Assembly: GCA_905478465.1 (NCBI GenBank)
Contig: CAJQIN010000012.1
Span: forward strand, 32,890-96,889
Direction: 5' to 3'
DNA from: Minisyncoccota bacterium
GTDB lineage: Bacteria; Patescibacteriota; Minisyncoccia; Phycocordibacterales; CAJQIN01
DNA length: 64,000 bases
The notes beneath the pieces are model-generated. The model saw only the letters and a list, made by a program, of their open reading frames with translations. It was not told the DNA's origin and did no database searches. Of the stretch, positions 33,586 through 44,469 are shown piece after piece (within the stretch, counting starts at the first letter, position 1; each line of letters starts with the position of its first letter). The position numbers and the translations under genes are program-made.

Positions 33586-36156
33586 TTTCTTCAAATACTT
33601 TCCGGTATGTGACCCCTTCACCATTGCCACCTGCTCAGGTGTTCCTTTGGCAACAATACTTCCTCCGCCGATTCCACCCTCCGGACCTATATCAATGACA
33701 TAGTCTGAACTTTTTATGACATCCATATTATGTTCAATAACTACCACGGTATTACCTTTATTAACAAGCTGCTGCAAGATTTCAATTAATTTCTTCACAT
33801 CCTCATAATGCAAACCAATAGTTGGTTCGTCTAACAGATACACTGTTTTCTGTGTGTGTTGTCTATACAATTCTGAAGAAACTTTGACGCGCTGAGCTTC
33901 TCCCCCCGAAAGAGTCGTAGCAGATTGTCCTAGTGTAAGATACCCTAGACCTACCTCATTTAAAGTTCGTAGCCTATCTGCAATAGCAGGAATGTCTTCA
34001 AAAAAACTATAAGCCTCTTCAACTGTCATCGAAAGAACATCATAAATACTCTTATCTTTATACTTCACATCAAGAGTTTCTTTCATAAAACGTTTTCCAT
34101 TACAAACATCACAAGGAACATAAACTGTTGGTAAAAAATGCATTTCAACAGCAATTTGACCATTTCCCTGACATGCCTCACATCGACCACCTTTTACATT
34201 AAAAGAAAATCTTTTCGGTTTCCATCCACGAGATTTTGCTTCTAAAGTCTCAGCAAACAAATCCCGGATAAAAGTAAAAGCTCCTGTATAGGTAGCTGGG
34301 TTTGATCTAGGAGTTCTACCTATCGGAGATTGATTAATTAGGATAGTTCGACCCACATACTCTGTACCAGAAAAAGAAGTACAGTTATAGATATCATTAG
34401 ATCGATACCTTCTATCAAAACGCGCTTGCATATTCTTATGCAAAATTTCATACATAAATGAAGATTTCCCTGATCCTGAAACACCAGTAACTGTAATTAG
34501 TCTTCCCAGAGGAAGATCAACATTCATGTTTTTAATATTAAAAACATTACCACCTTTAATAGATATTTTTCCTTGCGGAGCATTCCTTCTTTCTTTCGGT
34601 ATTTCAATTTTCTCTACCCCGGTTAAATACTGTAACGTTAGGGATTTTTTAACACTCTTAGAATCATCAATCAAAGTATCCAAATAATCAGCAACTATAA
34701 CACTTCCTCCACGAATACCTGCACCCGGTCCAATATCAATCATATAGTCTGATGCAAAAATAGTATCCTCATCATGTTCCACAACAAGAATTGTATTACC
34801 CATGTCACGTAGATTAAGAAGAGTTTGAATCAATCGGTCATTGTCCCTAGAATGCAAACCAATAGTTGGTTCGTCTAATACGTAGAGTGCTCCCACAAGA
34901 CCCGAACCAAGCTGAGACGCCAACCGAATACGCTGTGCCTCGCCCCCAGAGAGAGTATGTGCTCGTCTATCAAGTGTTAGATAGTCTATACCAACATCTA
35001 ACATAAATTTTAATCTATTTGAAATTTCTTTGGTAATAACTTTTGAAATCTCTTTCTGTGTATCAGTAAGCTCTAAGTGCTCAAAAAAACTATACGCCTC
35101 TAGAATAGACATACCTGTAACATTTACGATATTTTTCTTCTGACCACTCTTGTCAGTTACAAAAATATACAAAGCCTCACTCCGCAAACGCGCACCTTCA
35201 CACACAGTACATATTTCATCCCCAAAAAGATGCTTCGTTCCAAGACCATTACATTCAGCACAAGCTCCATATGGAGAGTTGAATGAAAAAAGACGTGGTT
35301 CAATTTCAGGAAAAGAGAAGCCGTCATAAGGACACATAAACTTTGACGAAATAACTTTTTCTCCTTGAGGTGTTACTAATTTAATCAAACCTTCTGACTC
35401 ATCAAGAGTTCTCTCAACAGCTTCACCGAGACGTTCCTTGGTATCTTCACTTATCTTTTTGAGATCTGTTACATAAAACTCATCTACTAGCACATCGATA
35501 TTATGTCGTTTATTTTTTGACAAAACAATTTTGTCTTGCAAGTCATAACGTTTTCCATCAATAGCTACAAACTTATACCCCTTTCCAAGTAAATCATATA
35601 ATAGCTGATAGTATTCCCCTTTTCGTCCGACAACAACAGGTGCATAAAGTTGAACCTTTAAGTCACTCACCGATACCCCTAACACTTCTTTGACTCCAGA
35701 TATTTTAATAGACGTAATCGTTTTAACAATTACACCTAAAATTTCTTCTTTAGAAAGTTTTTTTATTTCACGTCCACACTCAAGACAATGAGGAGCACCA
35801 ATACGAGCAAACAAAATACGAAGGTAATCATATATCTCTGTAATGGTTGCCACTGTTGAACGAGGATTATTAGAACGTGATTTTTGGTCAATAGAAATAG
35901 CCGGAGAAAGTCCTTGTATTTCATCCACATCAGGCTTTTGCATTTGATTTAAAAACTGTCGCGCATACGAAGACAGAGATTCTACATACCTACGCTGTCC
36001 TTCGGCAAAAATAGTATCAAAAGCGAGTGAAGATTTTCCTGAACCCGACAAACCAGTAAAAACCACCATCTTATTACGAGGCATTTTAACTGTTATATTT
36101 TTTAAGTTATGAGTACGTGCACCTTTAACTACAAGAAAATCTTCTCCTTTTTTCAT
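33568..36156 (-). CDS. uvrA: Excinuclease ABC subunit A
   Basis: 862 aa. [10 protein letters not shown] ... [37 protein letters not shown]. Two ABC ATPase modules and zinc-finger Cys clusters. Confidence 0.93.
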   Translation of the reverse strand: MKKGEDFLVVKGARTHNLKNITVKMPRNKMVVFTGLSGSGKSSLAFDTIFAEGQRRYVESLSSYARQFLNQMQKPDVDEIQGLSPAISIDQKSRSNNPRSTVATITEIYDYLRILFARIGAPHCLECGREIKKLSKEEILGVIVKTITSIKISGVKEVLGVSVSDLKVQLYAPVVVGRKGEYYQLLYDLLGKGYKFVAIDGKRYDLQDKIVLSKNKRHNIDVLVDEFYVTDLKKISEDTKERLGEAVERTLDESEGLIKLVTPQGEKVISSKFMCPYDGFSFPEIEPRLFSFNSPYGACAECNGLGTKHLFGDEICTVCEGARLRSEALYIFVTDKSGQKKNIVNVTGMSILEAYSFFEHLELTDTQKEISKVITKEISNRLKFMLDVGIDYLTLDRRAHTLSGGEAQRIRLASQLGSGLVGALYVLDEPTIGLHSRDNDRLIQTLLNLRDMGNTILVVEHDEDTIFASDYMIDIGPGAGIRGGSVIVADYLDTLIDDSKSVKKSLTLQYLTGVEKIEIPKERRNAPQGKISIKGGNVFNIKNMNVDLPLGRLITVTGVSGSGKSSFMYEILHKNMQARFDRRYRSNDIYNCTSFSGTEYVGRTILINQSPIGRTPRSNPATYTGAFTFIRDLFAETLEAKSRGWKPKRFSFNVKGGRCEACQGNGQIAVEMHFLPTVYVPCDVCNGKRFMKETLDVKYKDKSIYDVLSMTVEEAYSFFEDIPAIADRLRTLNEVGLGYLTLGQSATTLSGGEAQRVKVSSELYRQHTQKTVYLLDEPTIGLHYEDVKKLIEILQQLVNKGNTVVVIEHNMDVIKSSDYVIDIGPEGGIGGGSIVAKGTPEQVAMVKGSHTGKYLKKILKNS

Positions 36157-36198
36157 CTATAGGATACTAGCAAGTAATGAGTAGTTTGACCAACAAAA

Positions 36199-36591
36199 CT
36201 ATTTGGTATCAACACCCTCAGATGGAATATATTGCTCAACCTCTTTTACGATATCATCAAGAACAACAGTAGCCTTTATGATAAATTTCTCAGCACCAAG
36301 CTTTATACCCTTATCGATGTCTTCTCTTTGTCCAAGATTCGAGAATAGAATAACAGGAATATTTTTTGTTTCTTCATTAGATTTTATTTGTTCTAAAACT
36401 TCAAAACCACTCATCTCCGGAAGAAGAATGTCCAATAAAATAACAGCTGGTTTTTCTTCCTGAACCATTTTAAGGGCATCTTCACCATTAGCAGCATGGA
36501 TCATTTGATATCCTGCAGCAGAAAGCTTCTTAGCTACAAGACTACTTAAAAACTTATCATCCTCAATCGATAAAACTTTTTTATTTTGCAT
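36199..36591 (-). CDS. Response regulator, receiver domain only (CheY-like)
   Basis: 130 aa with no output domain. Conserved residues SIEDD, LLDILLP, KFIIKA. Confidence 0.8.
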   Translation of the reverse strand: MQNKKVLSIEDDKFLSSLVAKKLSAAGYQMIHAANGEDALKMVQEEKPAVILLDILLPEMSGFEVLEQIKSNEETKNIPVILFSNLGQREDIDKGIKLGAEKFIIKATVVLDDIVKEVEQYIPSEGVDTK

Positions 36592-36607
36592 ATGTAATTA
36601 TTATATA

Positions 36608-37369
36608 TTAAGTAGTAGGAATAATAAAATAAAATGTTGTACCTGTTTTTTCACTACTTTCAAACCATATCTTACCTCCATGCTTCTCAATAATTCCCCT
36701 TGCTATGAAAAGCCCTAACCCTGAACCTTTTTCTTGAAAATGTGAAGCATTCGATGCACGAAAAAATCTTGAGAAAATATTTGATTTTTCTAATTCAGGA
36801 ATTCCAATACCACTATCTTTAATTGAAACTTTAACATCACCCGTCTCTTTTTCAATTCGTATAAGTATCTTATCACCCGCACGACTGTATCGTATGGCAT
36901 TTTCAAATAAATTCTGAAAGGCTACAACTAGTTTTTCTGCATCAGCATTAATAATTATAGGACCTTCAGGATTAACCTCATACAAAACCTGAATTTTTTT
37001 CTTTGCGATATAAGGATCCAGTACTTGAATAGCCTGAGAGAAAAGTTTTGCGATATCTACCTCTTTCTTACTAAGAATAAATTTATCCTCATCAATCCGA
37101 ATAGAGTCGAGCATTTCATCAATCAGTAAAAGGACTCTTTCATTTGAATCAAAACTCTTCTGAAGCCACTCTTTCTGCTCTGCATTCATTTCTCCCACAT
37201 CTCCATCAAGAAGCATCTTGAGGGTCCATTTTAGACCAGCAAGAGGTGTTTTGATCTGATGTGTGGCCATTGAAACAAAATCAGATTGTTTATTAGTGAA
37301 ATTCCAAAGGCGTTCAGTACCTGAAGTATTATCTTTATCCGAAATAAGATGAAATGATAGTCGTGACAT
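36608..37369 (-). CDS. Sensor histidine kinase, cytoplasmic (HisKA plus HATPase_c, no transmembrane or sensor domain)
   Basis: H-box MATHQIKTPL, N/G boxes FENAIRYS and DSGIGIP ... GSGLGL. Confidence 0.8.
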   Translation of the reverse strand: MSRLSFHLISDKDNTSGTERLWNFTNKQSDFVSMATHQIKTPLAGLKWTLKMLLDGDVGEMNAEQKEWLQKSFDSNERVLLLIDEMLDSIRIDEDKFILSKKEVDIAKLFSQAIQVLDPYIAKKKIQVLYEVNPEGPIIINADAEKLVVAFQNLFENAIRYSRAGDKILIRIEKETGDVKVSIKDSGIGIPELEKSNIFSRFFRASNASHFQEKGSGLGLFIARGIIEKHGGKIWFESSEKTGTTFYFIIPTT

Positions 37370-37402
37370 AACAAAATAATATTAATATACAAATACAGTA
37401 TA

Positions 37403-39430
37403 TCATCTTTTTTTAGATTCCTCTTCTTCAATCTTTTTTATCTCATCTCTTATAATAGCAGCTGTTTCAAAATCTAAAATTTTAACAGCCTCAGACATCT
37501 GCTTTCTCTTAACCTGAAGTAACTTCTTCATGTTTCCTTTATAAGCCTCTTTTTCAATAGTATATATCTCTTCTACAGCTTTCGTATGTTCGGACTTCAT
37601 TTGCTCTGTAATATCTTTAATGTTTTTATGAATCGTTGTGGGAGTAATATTATGCTTTTTATTGTACTCCAGCTGTATATTTCTTCTTCGATCTGTCTCA
37701 GCAATAGATCTCTCAATTGAACCAGTAATAACATCGGCGTATAGAATAACTCGACCTTCAACATTTCTAGCCGCACGACCAATAGTTTGCACAAGAGCTG
37801 TTTCTGAACGCAAAAATCCCTCTTTATCAGCATCAAGAATACCAATAAAAGAAACTTCTGGTAAATCAAGGCCTTCTCGAAGCAAGTTTACCCCAACCAA
37901 ACAATCAAATTCACCCTTACGAAAAGCAGTGAGTATTTCAATACGTTCAATGGTATGAATTTCACTATGTAAATATTTTGTTTTTACACCTTTCTCAAGA
38001 AGATAATCAGATAGATCCTCCGCCATTTTTTTTGTTAAGGTGGTGGCAATAACACGTCCCCCTTTTTTAATTGCCTTTTCAGCCTCTTTAATAAAATGTG
38101 TTACCTGCCCAGGATGTGCACCTTTTTCTGTTACTGGCACAATATCTACCTGAGGGTCAATGAGACCTGTTGGACGAATTACTTGTTCGGCAACAACAGA
38201 ACTCTTATCCTTTTCATATTTTCCCGGGGTTGCTGTTGTGTATAAAACTGAACCTACTCGATCTTCAAATTCATCAAATGTTAATGGCCTATTATCTTTA
38301 GCACTAGGCAGTCTAAAACCATGCTCAACAAGATTTTGTTTTCTAGAAGCATCTCCAGCAAACATCCCTCCTATTTGTGGCACAGCAACGTGTGATTCGT
38401 CTATGATGGTAAGAAAATCAGGACGACCATCTGCAGTATGCGGAAAATAAGACAAAAGTGTATCGGGGGCTTCACCTGTTTTCTTACCGGAAAAGTGCCT
38501 TGAGTAATTTTCAATTCCATTACAATATCCAACTTCCCTAATCAAAGCCAAGTCATATCTAGTACGTCTTTTGAGACGTTCTGCTTCAAGTATTTTTCCA
38601 GATTTTTCAAATTCTTTTAATCGTTGCTCCAATTCTTTCGTAATAGTACCTAATGCTCTTTTCTGCTGTTCTTTATTTGTCACAAAATGCTTTGCAGGAA
38701 AAACAAATACAACATCAAGTTTCTCCTGAATCATGCGTGTAATAGGGTCTATTTTTGTAATACTACAAATAACATCTTGGTCAATCTCTATCGCAAAAAT
38801 ATATCTTTCATGTGCAGGCATTATTTCTATAGTATTTCCAATAACACGAAACAAACTTGGCGTTAAATCCGCATTTGTTCTTTCATAATGCAGACCTACC
38901 AAAGTATCAATGATATTTTTTCGAGAACTCTTTGCCCCTTTTTCAATTTTAAAATTAACTTTCTCATACTCTTTCGGAGAACCCAATCCATAAATACATG
39001 AGACTGAGGCAACAATAATAACATCCTTCCTTGTCAACAAAGATTGGGTGGAGGCGTGTCGTAACCGATCAATTTCCTTATTAATCTGAGCCTCTTTCTC
39101 TATGTACGTGTCACTTCCTGGCAAATATGCCTCAGGTTGATAGTAATCATAATAAGAAACAAAGTAATGAACAGCATTATTCGGAAAAAATTCTTTATAC
39201 TCCTGAGCAAGCTGAGCAGCTAATGTTTTATTATGCGCAATAACTAACGTAGGTTTATTTACTTCAGTAATGACATTTGCAGCCGTAAATGTCTTTCCGG
39301 ATCCTGTAACCCCTAACAATGTCTGATGTCCATTACCTTTCTTGATACTTGTAATAAGCTTTTTAATAGCAGCAGGCTGATCTCCAGATGGTTTAAAATC
39401 ACTTTTTAACTGAAATATTTTTTTAGACAT
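37403..39430 (-). CDS. uvrB: Excinuclease ABC subunit B
   Basis: 675 aa. GDQPAAIKKL ... LLGVTGSGKTF helicase motifs and a C-terminal UvrB/UvrC interaction helix. Confidence 0.93.
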   Translation of the reverse strand: MSKKIFQLKSDFKPSGDQPAAIKKLITSIKKGNGHQTLLGVTGSGKTFTAANVITEVNKPTLVIAHNKTLAAQLAQEYKEFFPNNAVHYFVSYYDYYQPEAYLPGSDTYIEKEAQINKEIDRLRHASTQSLLTRKDVIIVASVSCIYGLGSPKEYEKVNFKIEKGAKSSRKNIIDTLVGLHYERTNADLTPSLFRVIGNTIEIMPAHERYIFAIEIDQDVICSITKIDPITRMIQEKLDVVFVFPAKHFVTNKEQQKRALGTITKELEQRLKEFEKSGKILEAERLKRRTRYDLALIREVGYCNGIENYSRHFSGKKTGEAPDTLLSYFPHTADGRPDFLTIIDESHVAVPQIGGMFAGDASRKQNLVEHGFRLPSAKDNRPLTFDEFEDRVGSVLYTTATPGKYEKDKSSVVAEQVIRPTGLIDPQVDIVPVTEKGAHPGQVTHFIKEAEKAIKKGGRVIATTLTKKMAEDLSDYLLEKGVKTKYLHSEIHTIERIEILTAFRKGEFDCLVGVNLLREGLDLPEVSFIGILDADKEGFLRSETALVQTIGRAARNVEGRVILYADVITGSIERSIAETDRRRNIQLEYNKKHNITPTTIHKNIKDITEQMKSEHTKAVEEIYTIEKEAYKGNMKKLLQVKRKQMSEAVKILDFETAAIIRDEIKKIEEEESKKR

Positions 39431-40649
39431 TTTTTCTGTAATATTTTTTTAAGAATGATTCTTTAAAAATTGCAAAATTTCCATCTTGAATTGATTTCCT
39501 AATATCACTCATGAGCTTCGTAATAAAAGCAATATTATTAATACTTGCAAGTGTTCCGGCAACCATTTCATCTGCCCTAAAAAGATGTGCAACATATGCT
39601 TTTGTATATTTTTGTTCAAAATCCCACAAACCATTCTCATCTAACAAAGTAAAATCTGTTGTATATTTCTTATTAGAAATCCTTATAGGTCCATATTCTG
39701 TATAAACAACACCATGTCGTCCAACACGTGTTGGAGCAACACAGTCAAACAAATCACATCCATTCTCTACTCCCATTAAAATATCTACCGGCTCACCTAT
39801 GCCCAATAAATGTCTGGGTTTTTCCTCAGGAAGAATGTCATTAACCCAGGCTACAGCAGTAGACATATCCTCTTTTTCAAAAGAACCTCCAATACCAAAA
39901 CCATCAAACGACATCTCAGAAATAGTTTTAGCACTTTCTTTTCTTAATTCTTCATATCTCCCACCTTGTACAACACCAAACAAAGCCTGCTTCTCTGAAG
40001 CTAAGGTATTTTGCATATGAGATTGCAATGAACGTTTTGCCCACCGATGAGTACGATCAAGCGCTTCCTTTTGATACTCGTATTCAGCCAAAGGCGATGT
40101 GCACTCATCAAAAGCAAACATAATATCAGCTCCAATATTATGCTGAATTTCAATAGAACGTTCTGGGGTAAATCTATGTAAACTGCCATCTAGGTGCGAA
40201 GTGAAGGTCACTCCGTCCTCATCTATATGTGCCAACTTTGCATGCTCAGTCAAGGTTTCCTCTCGAAAAACATCTAGCCCGTCTGCATCAACTACATCTG
40301 TAGATATTTTACTGATATTTTTTCCAAAAGCTGTTCCTAGAGAGAATACCTGAAATCCTCCAGAATCGGTAATTGTTGGACCATCCCAACCCATAAAAGA
40401 ACCTAGCCCTCCAGCACCTTTTACTATTTCTTCACCAGGTTGTAGGAATAGATGATAAGTATTAGCAAGTACTGCTTGCACACCAACATCTTGTACATCT
40501 TTAGGGAGTACTGACTTTATCGTAGCTTTCGTACCGACGGGTGTGAAGTTAGGTGTATCAATATGACCGTGCGGTGTCTCGATACGCCCTACACGTGCGC
40601 TACTCTTGGTATCCTTAGCAACTATTTCAAACTGTAATGGTTTCTTCAT
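39423..40649 (-). CDS. tgt: Queuine tRNA-ribosyltransferase
   Basis: FEIVAKDTKSSARVGRIETPHGHIDTPNFTPVGT ... LANTYHL. The C-terminal region is where the Zn-binding Cys/His cluster of Tgt is expected. Confidence 0.88.
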   Translation of the reverse strand: MKKPLQFEIVAKDTKSSARVGRIETPHGHIDTPNFTPVGTKATIKSVLPKDVQDVGVQAVLANTYHLFLQPGEEIVKGAGGLGSFMGWDGPTITDSGGFQVFSLGTAFGKNISKISTDVVDADGLDVFREETLTEHAKLAHIDEDGVTFTSHLDGSLHRFTPERSIEIQHNIGADIMFAFDECTSPLAEYEYQKEALDRTHRWAKRSLQSHMQNTLASEKQALFGVVQGGRYEELRKESAKTISEMSFDGFGIGGSFEKEDMSTAVAWVNDILPEEKPRHLLGIGEPVDILMGVENGCDLFDCVAPTRVGRHGVVYTEYGPIRISNKKYTTDFTLLDENGLWDFEQKYTKAYVAHLFRADEMVAGTLASINNIAFITKLMSDIRKSIQDGNFAIFKESFLKKYYRKNV

Positions 40650-40688
40650 ATAACCAGACTAGTTGCGAATATACTTTTCGTCAATGTC

Positions 40689-41216
40689 TTACTGTTGCGT
40701 AGACTGTACACCCAAAAGTTCTACATCAAAAATTAATGTAGCATTCGCAGGGATAAGATATTCTCCAGTCTGAGGATTTTTAATTCCAGCTGAACCGTAG
40801 GCATATTCAGACTTAATAGTTAGTTGTCTTTTTCCTCCAATCTTCATACCAGCAACTCCAAGATCCCAACCTTTAATTACAGAACCATACCCAAGAGGAA
40901 ACTGAAAAGGTTCCCCCCGAGAAACTGAACTATCAAAAACAGTCCCGTCTTCAAGACGCCCAGTGTAATGCACAGTAACTAATGATCCATTAGTAGCAAC
41001 TTCCCCTGTTCCAATAACTTCATCTTTCATGATAAGTGCGTCTGATTCTGATACCGGTTGTTTTTGTTCATCTGTCATATTTAAAGTTTGATTTAATGTG
41101 TAATTACTAGAAGAGTCTGAAAAAAAAATTTTATTAATAAAAGGAAAGAAAAGAATAAGTATAACAATCACTCCTGCTGCTACAGCTATCCATTCCCTAG
41201 ATGTGTATTTTTTCAT
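40689..41216 (-). CDS. FKBP-type peptidyl-prolyl cis-trans isomerase, membrane-anchored
   Basis: TVHYTGRLEDGTVFDSSVSRGEPFQFPLGYGSVIKGWDLGVAGMKIGGKRQLTI. I placed the start at MKKYTSREW. The ORF track extends it to 41336. Confidence 0.82.
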   Translation of the reverse strand: MKKYTSREWIAVAAGVIVILILFFPFINKIFFSDSSSNYTLNQTLNMTDEQKQPVSESDALIMKDEVIGTGEVATNGSLVTVHYTGRLEDGTVFDSSVSRGEPFQFPLGYGSVIKGWDLGVAGMKIGGKRQLTIKSEYAYGSAGIKNPQTGEYLIPANATLIFDVELLGVQSTQQ

Positions 41217-41294
41217 ATGTATATTACAAAACAAATAATATCTAAAGTATAATACGAGCTCCCAAATAAGTACAATTTTGGTATACTGTAGAAC

Positions 41295-42017
41295 ATGATA
41301 AAAAAAGCAGACAACCCAAAAGCAGGTAAAACACACTCATTTACCCCATTAACCCTCAATGAAATACGTCAAGCAACAGAAAAACGTATTGAAAAGATAC
41401 AAAAAGAATTCTCAGAGGGATTCAATCTAATAGAAAATCATCCACGCTCTGTTACTTTTTTTGGTTCAGCTCGCCTGTCTGAAAAACATCCTTGGTATAT
41501 AAAAGCGCAAGAATTGGCTCGACGCATATCATCTGAATTACAATACTCAGTTTTAACAGGAGGTGGTCCTGGAATTATGGAAGCAGGAAATCGTGGAGCA
41601 CATGAAGCCGGAGGTAAATCTCTTGGACTTGATATTGAACTTCCACATGAACAAAATAAAAATCCATACACAACAGAATCTGCTAGTTTTTATTATTTTT
41701 TCAGTCGTAAGGTTTGCCTCTCATTCTCTGCTGAAACATATGTATTTTTCCCCGGTGGCTTTGGTACTATGGACGAAATATTTGAAATACTAACACTAAT
41801 ACAAACTGGAAAAATAGATCCTGTACCAGTAGTCCTAGTCGGAAAAAGCTACTGGAAACATCTGGATAAATTTATACAAAAGATACTGGTAAAAAATAAA
41901 TTTATAGACCCTGATGACACAAAACTTTACACAATTACTGACAACCTAGATGAAGTACTTGAAATTATAAAAAATGCACCCGTACGAAACGGTATTCGTT
42001 TTGAGGAAGAAAAATAA
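41295..42017 (+). CDS. LOG family protein (TIGR00730, cytokinin riboside 5'-monophosphate phosphoribohydrolase-like)
   Basis: VTFFGSARL ... LTGGGPGIMEAGNRGA ... FPGGFGTMDEIFE. Confidence 0.8.
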   Translation: MIKKADNPKAGKTHSFTPLTLNEIRQATEKRIEKIQKEFSEGFNLIENHPRSVTFFGSARLSEKHPWYIKAQELARRISSELQYSVLTGGGPGIMEAGNRGAHEAGGKSLGLDIELPHEQNKNPYTTESASFYYFFSRKVCLSFSAETYVFFPGGFGTMDEIFEILTLIQTGKIDPVPVVLVGKSYWKHLDKFIQKILVKNKFIDPDDTKLYTITDNLDEVLEIIKNAPVRNGIRFEEEK

Positions 42018-42022
42018 AAAAT

Positions 42023-42053
42023 AAGTGCGTTCTTTGTTTAAAAGAACGCACTT
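42023..42053. terminator. Bidirectional hairpin terminator AAGTGCGTTCTTT-N5-AAAGAACGCACTT flanked by A and T runs
   Basis: Read directly from the sequence. It sits between the convergent LOG gene and the 42078 ORF. Confidence 0.6.
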
Positions 42054-42077
42054 TTTTATTTTCTGTTTAAAAAAATA

Positions 42078-42356
42078 CTAGCTGATTTCAGCCACGTGCA
42101 CCGTAGGAATAGAAAGTCCACGCTGCACAGGAATAGCCACAACCACTACAGAACACATAGCCTGTTCTTTGTTAGCCGGCCAGTTGCCCTTCTTAGGAAG
42201 AACAAGTTGAGTTCCCTCATACATACCAAGTACATTTCTTGAGGAGGGATCAGGATTATAAAACATAACACCCCCAATCATAGTATCTACAGGAAGTGTA
42301 CCGTTTTTCACAGATGAATTAATCGCCGTCATACAAGGCCCCTTAATATAGAACAT
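42078..42356 (-). CDS. Hypothetical small protein (92 aa)
   Basis: ORF only. Confidence 0.3.
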   Translation of the reverse strand: MFYIKGPCMTAINSSVKNGTLPVDTMIGGVMFYNPDPSSRNVLGMYEGTQLVLPKKGNWPANKEQAMCSVVVVAIPVQRGLSIPTVHVAEIS

Positions 42357-42447
42357 GCCTGAATCCGTCAGGCGCGGTTGTTGCTCTACTCCTTTGTAAG
42401 CAACTGTCCAAGAATACTATACCAAAGATAAACCAATCTGTGAAGAA

Positions 42448-42720
42448 CTACCACTCACAAGTATAGGCACAGACACTCGTACACAATTCCTCCTCTGTTG
42501 CACATGCTGTACCACAAGTATTAAAATTTCCTTTTTTTTCTTTACAATCTTTTATAAGAGGAGATTTATTTTCAGATAAATTAACAGTATAGACTATTTT
42601 ATTTTCATACACAGCTTGAGTAGATACCAAACGTCCAGGCTTTACACCATAAGAAATAAAAAAATACCAAATAATGATATTTACCACGACCAACAATGCA
42701 ACCTTACTTCGATATCCCAT
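42448..42720 (-). CDS. Hypothetical small membrane-anchored protein (90 aa) with a Cys-rich C-terminus
   Basis: N-terminal transmembrane helix. C-terminus CGTACATEEELCTSVCAYTCEW. Confidence 0.35.
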   Translation of the reverse strand: MGYRSKVALLVVVNIIIWYFFISYGVKPGRLVSTQAVYENKIVYTVNLSENKSPLIKDCKEKKGNFNTCGTACATEEELCTSVCAYTCEW

Positions 42721-42728
42721 AAGAATAA

Positions 42729-43472
42729 TTATTTAGAATCAGTAATAATAGATATAGTAACACGATATTCATCCATAGATATTTCTTCAATTGTTTTCTC
42801 TGGCATTACCGAAAGTATTTTTATCAAATAATCCCCTGCCAAAAATTCATCATCATTTGTCGTAATAGTGTAATTACCTTTCTCGCCAGAAAAAACATCT
42901 TCAACAGAAATATCCACAGCAATACGTCCAGTCTGCACACACACAACTCCAGTAACACACCGACTATCTTCAAGAATTTTATTAAGAACTATTTTTAAAC
43001 CATCATACTCAACCTTTTGCCCTACCGAAAATGTAGTTATTTTTTGAGGGATATCCGTCCACAAAACTTTATATATCTCAGAAATACCCTTAACCGGAAA
43101 ATCAAACCTATCCATAGTATTTCCTTCAGAATCTAATCCTGTCACATATATCTCCCTTGCCATAACTGGATCAGGCAATGACATAATCCATGTCTGTTTA
43201 TCACCATACGACTCAACTAGATGACCCTGCCCAATTGACACAACTTCTTTTTCAGCACTATACACAAAAACTTCAACCGACGCCGCGTCAACAGTTTCAA
43301 TAACAAAATTACTATCAGTGGCTGAGAACCCATAGATCAAACCTGTTTCGAGTGAAGTTTTGCTAATATTTTCTGTCTCAATAGAACTTGTACTATTAGT
43401 AGCAGACATGTACACCAAAAAACCTCCAAGCAACACAACACTTATTCCTACAGCAATCCAATCTTTTTTCAT
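42729..43472 (-). CDS. Hypothetical membrane-anchored protein (247 aa)
   Basis: N-terminal transmembrane helix (IAVGISVVLLGGFLVYM). Confidence 0.4.
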   Translation of the reverse strand: MKKDWIAVGISVVLLGGFLVYMSATNSTSSIETENISKTSLETGLIYGFSATDSNFVIETVDAASVEVFVYSAEKEVVSIGQGHLVESYGDKQTWIMSLPDPVMAREIYVTGLDSEGNTMDRFDFPVKGISEIYKVLWTDIPQKITTFSVGQKVEYDGLKIVLNKILEDSRCVTGVVCVQTGRIAVDISVEDVFSGEKGNYTITTNDDEFLAGDYLIKILSVMPEKTIEEISMDEYRVTISIITDSK

Positions 43473-43486
43473 TTAATAAAAGTTGA

Positions 43487-43990
43487 TTACTCTACTGTTT
43501 TAAATAGACTTGAAACAGGATCATTACCGTCAATAACAAGAGAGTCAAAATTTTGATCAAATTCTTTATCACCATTATCACGATATATAACTACACTATA
43601 TTCGTTTTCAGATATAGTTGGACGTAATAGGTCAACGGTAACATCCTGATATGAGCCAGTAGAAAGACGCACAGCACCAAGAATATTACCCATCTGTCCA
43701 CCTACTACTTCTCGTACTGCCAACCAACCATCTAAAGAAACTTTCACTGAAGCAATATCTACCGTTTCGCCAGCAACCTGATCTTGTACTGAAATATATT
43801 CTCCTTCCTGTTTTTGTACGTCTTTTGTTACTACATCTTTTGTATGATCAAAAACAATACTTTCTTTTTGCTGCTCTGTATTAGATTCAATACTATTACT
43901 CTCTCCTGAAGACCTTCCAGCCACAAAACCAATGATAAGACCTGCTACCAAGGCAATTACTACGGGTGTGTATATTTTTGATGTATCCAT
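43487..43990 (-). CDS. Hypothetical membrane-anchored protein (about 167 aa)
   Basis: I placed the start at MDTSKIYTPVVIALVAGLIIGFVAG, which begins with a transmembrane helix. The ORF track extends it to 44038. Confidence 0.4.
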   Translation of the reverse strand: MDTSKIYTPVVIALVAGLIIGFVAGRSSGESNSIESNTEQQKESIVFDHTKDVVTKDVQKQEGEYISVQDQVAGETVDIASVKVSLDGWLAVREVVGGQMGNILGAVRLSTGSYQDVTVDLLRPTISENEYSVVIYRDNGDKEFDQNFDSLVIDGNDPVSSLFKTVE

Positions 43991-44051
43991 ATATCTATAA
44001 TTAACGTACTTAATATTCACAGAATAGCACGAATACACAACGATTCAAGAA

Positions 44052-44090
44052 CAAAAAACCGGCGCGCTTGAATAAGCAACGCCGGCCGGG
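44052..44090 (-). terminator. GC-rich rho-independent terminator (CCGGCG-loop-CGCCGG followed by UUUUUUG on the minus strand)
   Basis: Read directly from the sequence. It is the only strongly GC-rich hairpin in this neighbourhood. Confidence 0.6.
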
Positions 44091-44469
44091 ACCCACCCTC
44101 TGAACTAATCCAAAGGTACTGATGGAATATTATCTGGAAGAAACACACTTGCGGTTAAGCTACTCGGCTCCTCCAAAACACTTTGTGTAACTTCAAAGAA
44201 CGCTACGAGGGTATTCTCAAGACCAGAAAAAACTGCTGGCATTAAGAACTTGATAGTAATTAGTATCATGATCAGACACAATGCGCTGAATAATTTCATA
44301 TATTCATGTGCCTGAGAAAGATGTTACTGTATTCGGACAAGAATACAGCGTGAACTAATTGTTCACTACCCCTCTCTTCTCTTTAATCAATAGAATTTAA
44401 TTAATGAAAGAAAAGAGAGGATTAGCTTCTCTATTCTAATTTAAATTATAATCTATTTTACTAATATGT

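Noticed and set aside
42357-42447. Possibility that ORFs 42078-42356 and 42448-42720 are two halves of one frameshifted gene
   Set aside because: A 91-bp gap separates them. Each has its own start and neither matches a recognisable family, so a frameshift cannot be supported from the sequence alone.
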